Below are positions 63,053 through 64,000 of a stretch of 64,000 nt of DNA, piece after piece. Below the pieces are notes generated by a model. The model saw only the letters and a program-made list of their open reading frames with translations, ran no database searches and was not told the DNA's origin. This stretch comes from a virus (taxonomy: Duplodnaviria > Caudoviricetes). The first letter of the stretch is position 1; every line of letters starts with the position of its first letter. The position numbers and the translations under genes are program-made. The stretch lies in IMG/VR virus record IMGVR_UViG_3300042139_000023; one strand, written 5' to 3'.

Positions 63053-63136
63053 CTCCGGTTGGAGTGGAAGATGAATCGGACGATTCCGTGTAGAACTCCT
63101 GAAAGCGGAATCTGGGCTGGACTATTGGGTCTGGCG

Positions 63137-63254
63137 GTGCATGTGCCTGAGCGGCCTAAAGGTGCCTGCTGAAGCTCTCCCAGGAGTGGGGGCAGGCGAC
63201 CTGACGGAACTGGGATTTCCGGAGGGTCCACGGGTTCGAATCCCGTCGTGCACA
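63137..63254 (+). ncRNA. Class II tRNA-like RNA with 22-nt anticodon-position loop and very long variable arm
   Basis: GTGCATG/CGTGCAC-A acceptor, CCT-GAGCGGCCTAA-AGG D arm, CCTGC/GCAGG stem, ACGGG-TTCGAAT-CCCGT T arm. Confidence 0.7.
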
Positions 63255-63264
63255 CGTGAACGGA

Positions 63265-63402
63265 ATGGAGAAGGAAAAGGAGAAGCCGGTCGGGCCGGTC
63301 GTTCTCCAGGAGGACGGAATCACGTTCCTCTCCGTCAAGGAGCTGGACGACTACCGCGAGCAGAAGATCCTGCTCGCCTGGCAGGAAGGTGCATATGTCT
63401 GA
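63265..63402 (+). CDS. Possible 45-aa hypothetical protein
   Basis: Open frame with GC3 bias; start uncertain. Confidence 0.4.
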   Translation: MEKEKEKPVGPVVLQEDGITFLSVKELDDYREQKILLAWQEGAYV

Positions 63403-63583
63403 CGCTGACGCCCTGGATGCCGCATCCGATGCGGTGAACTCCGGGCCCGCAGCAACGCAGTCGCACTCCATCGGCAACTACGGATCCAGCGAGCTGACTC
63501 GCACGGAGGTTCCGGACAAGCCGCAGGCCAAGATGAGCGGTGTTCCGCCGGAGCAGTGGGCCCGCCCCGTTCAGAAGCGCTGA
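63395..63583 (+). CDS. Small hypothetical protein
   Basis: GGAAGG RBS. Confidence 0.6.
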   Translation: MSDADALDAASDAVNSGPAATQSHSIGNYGSSELTRTEVPDKPQAKMSGVPPEQWARPVQKR

Positions 63584-63601
63584 CCCTCGGAAAGGGAGAA
63601 C

Positions 63602-64000
63602 GTGACGTACACCATCGAGAAGATCCGCGAGATCGCCCCGGGCCTGGAGAAGCCCTTCCAGAAGGCGAGCTTCGCGGCGAACCAGCATGGCCTGGACGGC
63701 GAGCGGGCGGCCGTCTACCTCGTGCTCGACCGCTCCGGGTCGATGGACTGGCCGGGGCGCGGCTACTACAGCGGCGGCGCCGTCCAGTACTTCGCCGAGC
63801 GCATCCTGGGCATGGCTCCGCTCTTCGAGGACGACGGCCGGGTGCCGGTCGTGTTCTTCGACCACGAGCTGAAGGGCATGGACGAGCTGTCCCTGGAGGA
63901 CTACCAGGGCAAGATCGCCAAGGCGCACTCCAAGCTCGGCCACATGGGCGGTACGGACTACGCCGTCGCCATGGACGCCGTGGTGCAGCACTACCAGTCC
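63602..64000 (+). CDS. TerF-associated type vWA protein (partial, runs off window)
   Basis: RAAVYLVLDRSGSM...VQYFAERIL...DDGRVPVVFF...GGTDYAVAMDAV. Confidence 0.85.
   Translation, partial: MTYTIEKIREIAPGLEKPFQKASFAANQHGLDGERAAVYLVLDRSGSMDWPGRGYYSGGAVQYFAERILGMAPLFEDDGRVPVVFFDHELKGMDELSLEDYQGKIAKAHSKLGHMGGTDYAVAMDAVVQHYQS

Noticed and set aside
62969-63254. Intron-containing tRNAs (bulge-helix-bulge type)
   Set aside because: Removing the extra nucleotides does not restore U33 and a sensible anticodon, and short BHB introns are not a bacterial feature
1-64000. CRISPR array, rRNA, integrase/att site, IS elements, capsid or terminase genes
   Set aside because: No regularly spaced repeats or diagnostic motifs were seen in this window

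Overview
High-GC, densely packed, operon-organised DNA that looks like about 64 kb of a large Streptomyces-type actinophage or phage-plasmid. This is inferred from Streptomyces-like CspA, TerD and HU proteins, tRNA genes lacking encoded CCA, and HrdB-like promoters. No capsid, terminase, integrase, rRNA or CRISPR is visible in this window. Main content: (1) long runs of small hypothetical genes. (2) A replication module on the minus strand (about 24.8-30.4 kb): Toprim primase, degenerate DnaB-like protein, DnaB helicase and Rep-type wHTH proteins, next to a roughly 600 bp divergent intergenic region. (3) Two RNA-gene islands: 11 canonical tRNAs plus an HNH gene at 19.2-22.5 kb (minus), and tRNA-Ile at 62.7 kb (plus). 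(4) Auxiliary genes: dCMP deaminase, MazG-like, NUDIX, HIT, CspA, HU, TerD, two vWA proteins, RelE/AbrB-type toxin-antitoxin, HicB-like, sortase-like, glycosyltransferase plus NAD epimerase, and an FtsK/TraB-like ATPase. (5) Two paralogous collagen/beta-helix tail-fibre or tailspike proteins (1011 and 2173 aa). The most unusual signals, all read by eye, are three. First, at least four tRNA-shaped RNAs with acceptor and T arms but the 7-nt anticodon loop replaced by larger loops or extended arms (19272-19421, 20078-20175, 62969-63052, 63137-63254), candidate non-decoding tRNA mimics. Second, a palindrome TGGCC-N2-GGCCA at ten intergenic promoter positions across the window. Third, a tandem array of 4-5 divergent paralogous small proteins at 34.9-36.9 kb. 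All protein family calls rest on motif recognition; no database search was run.
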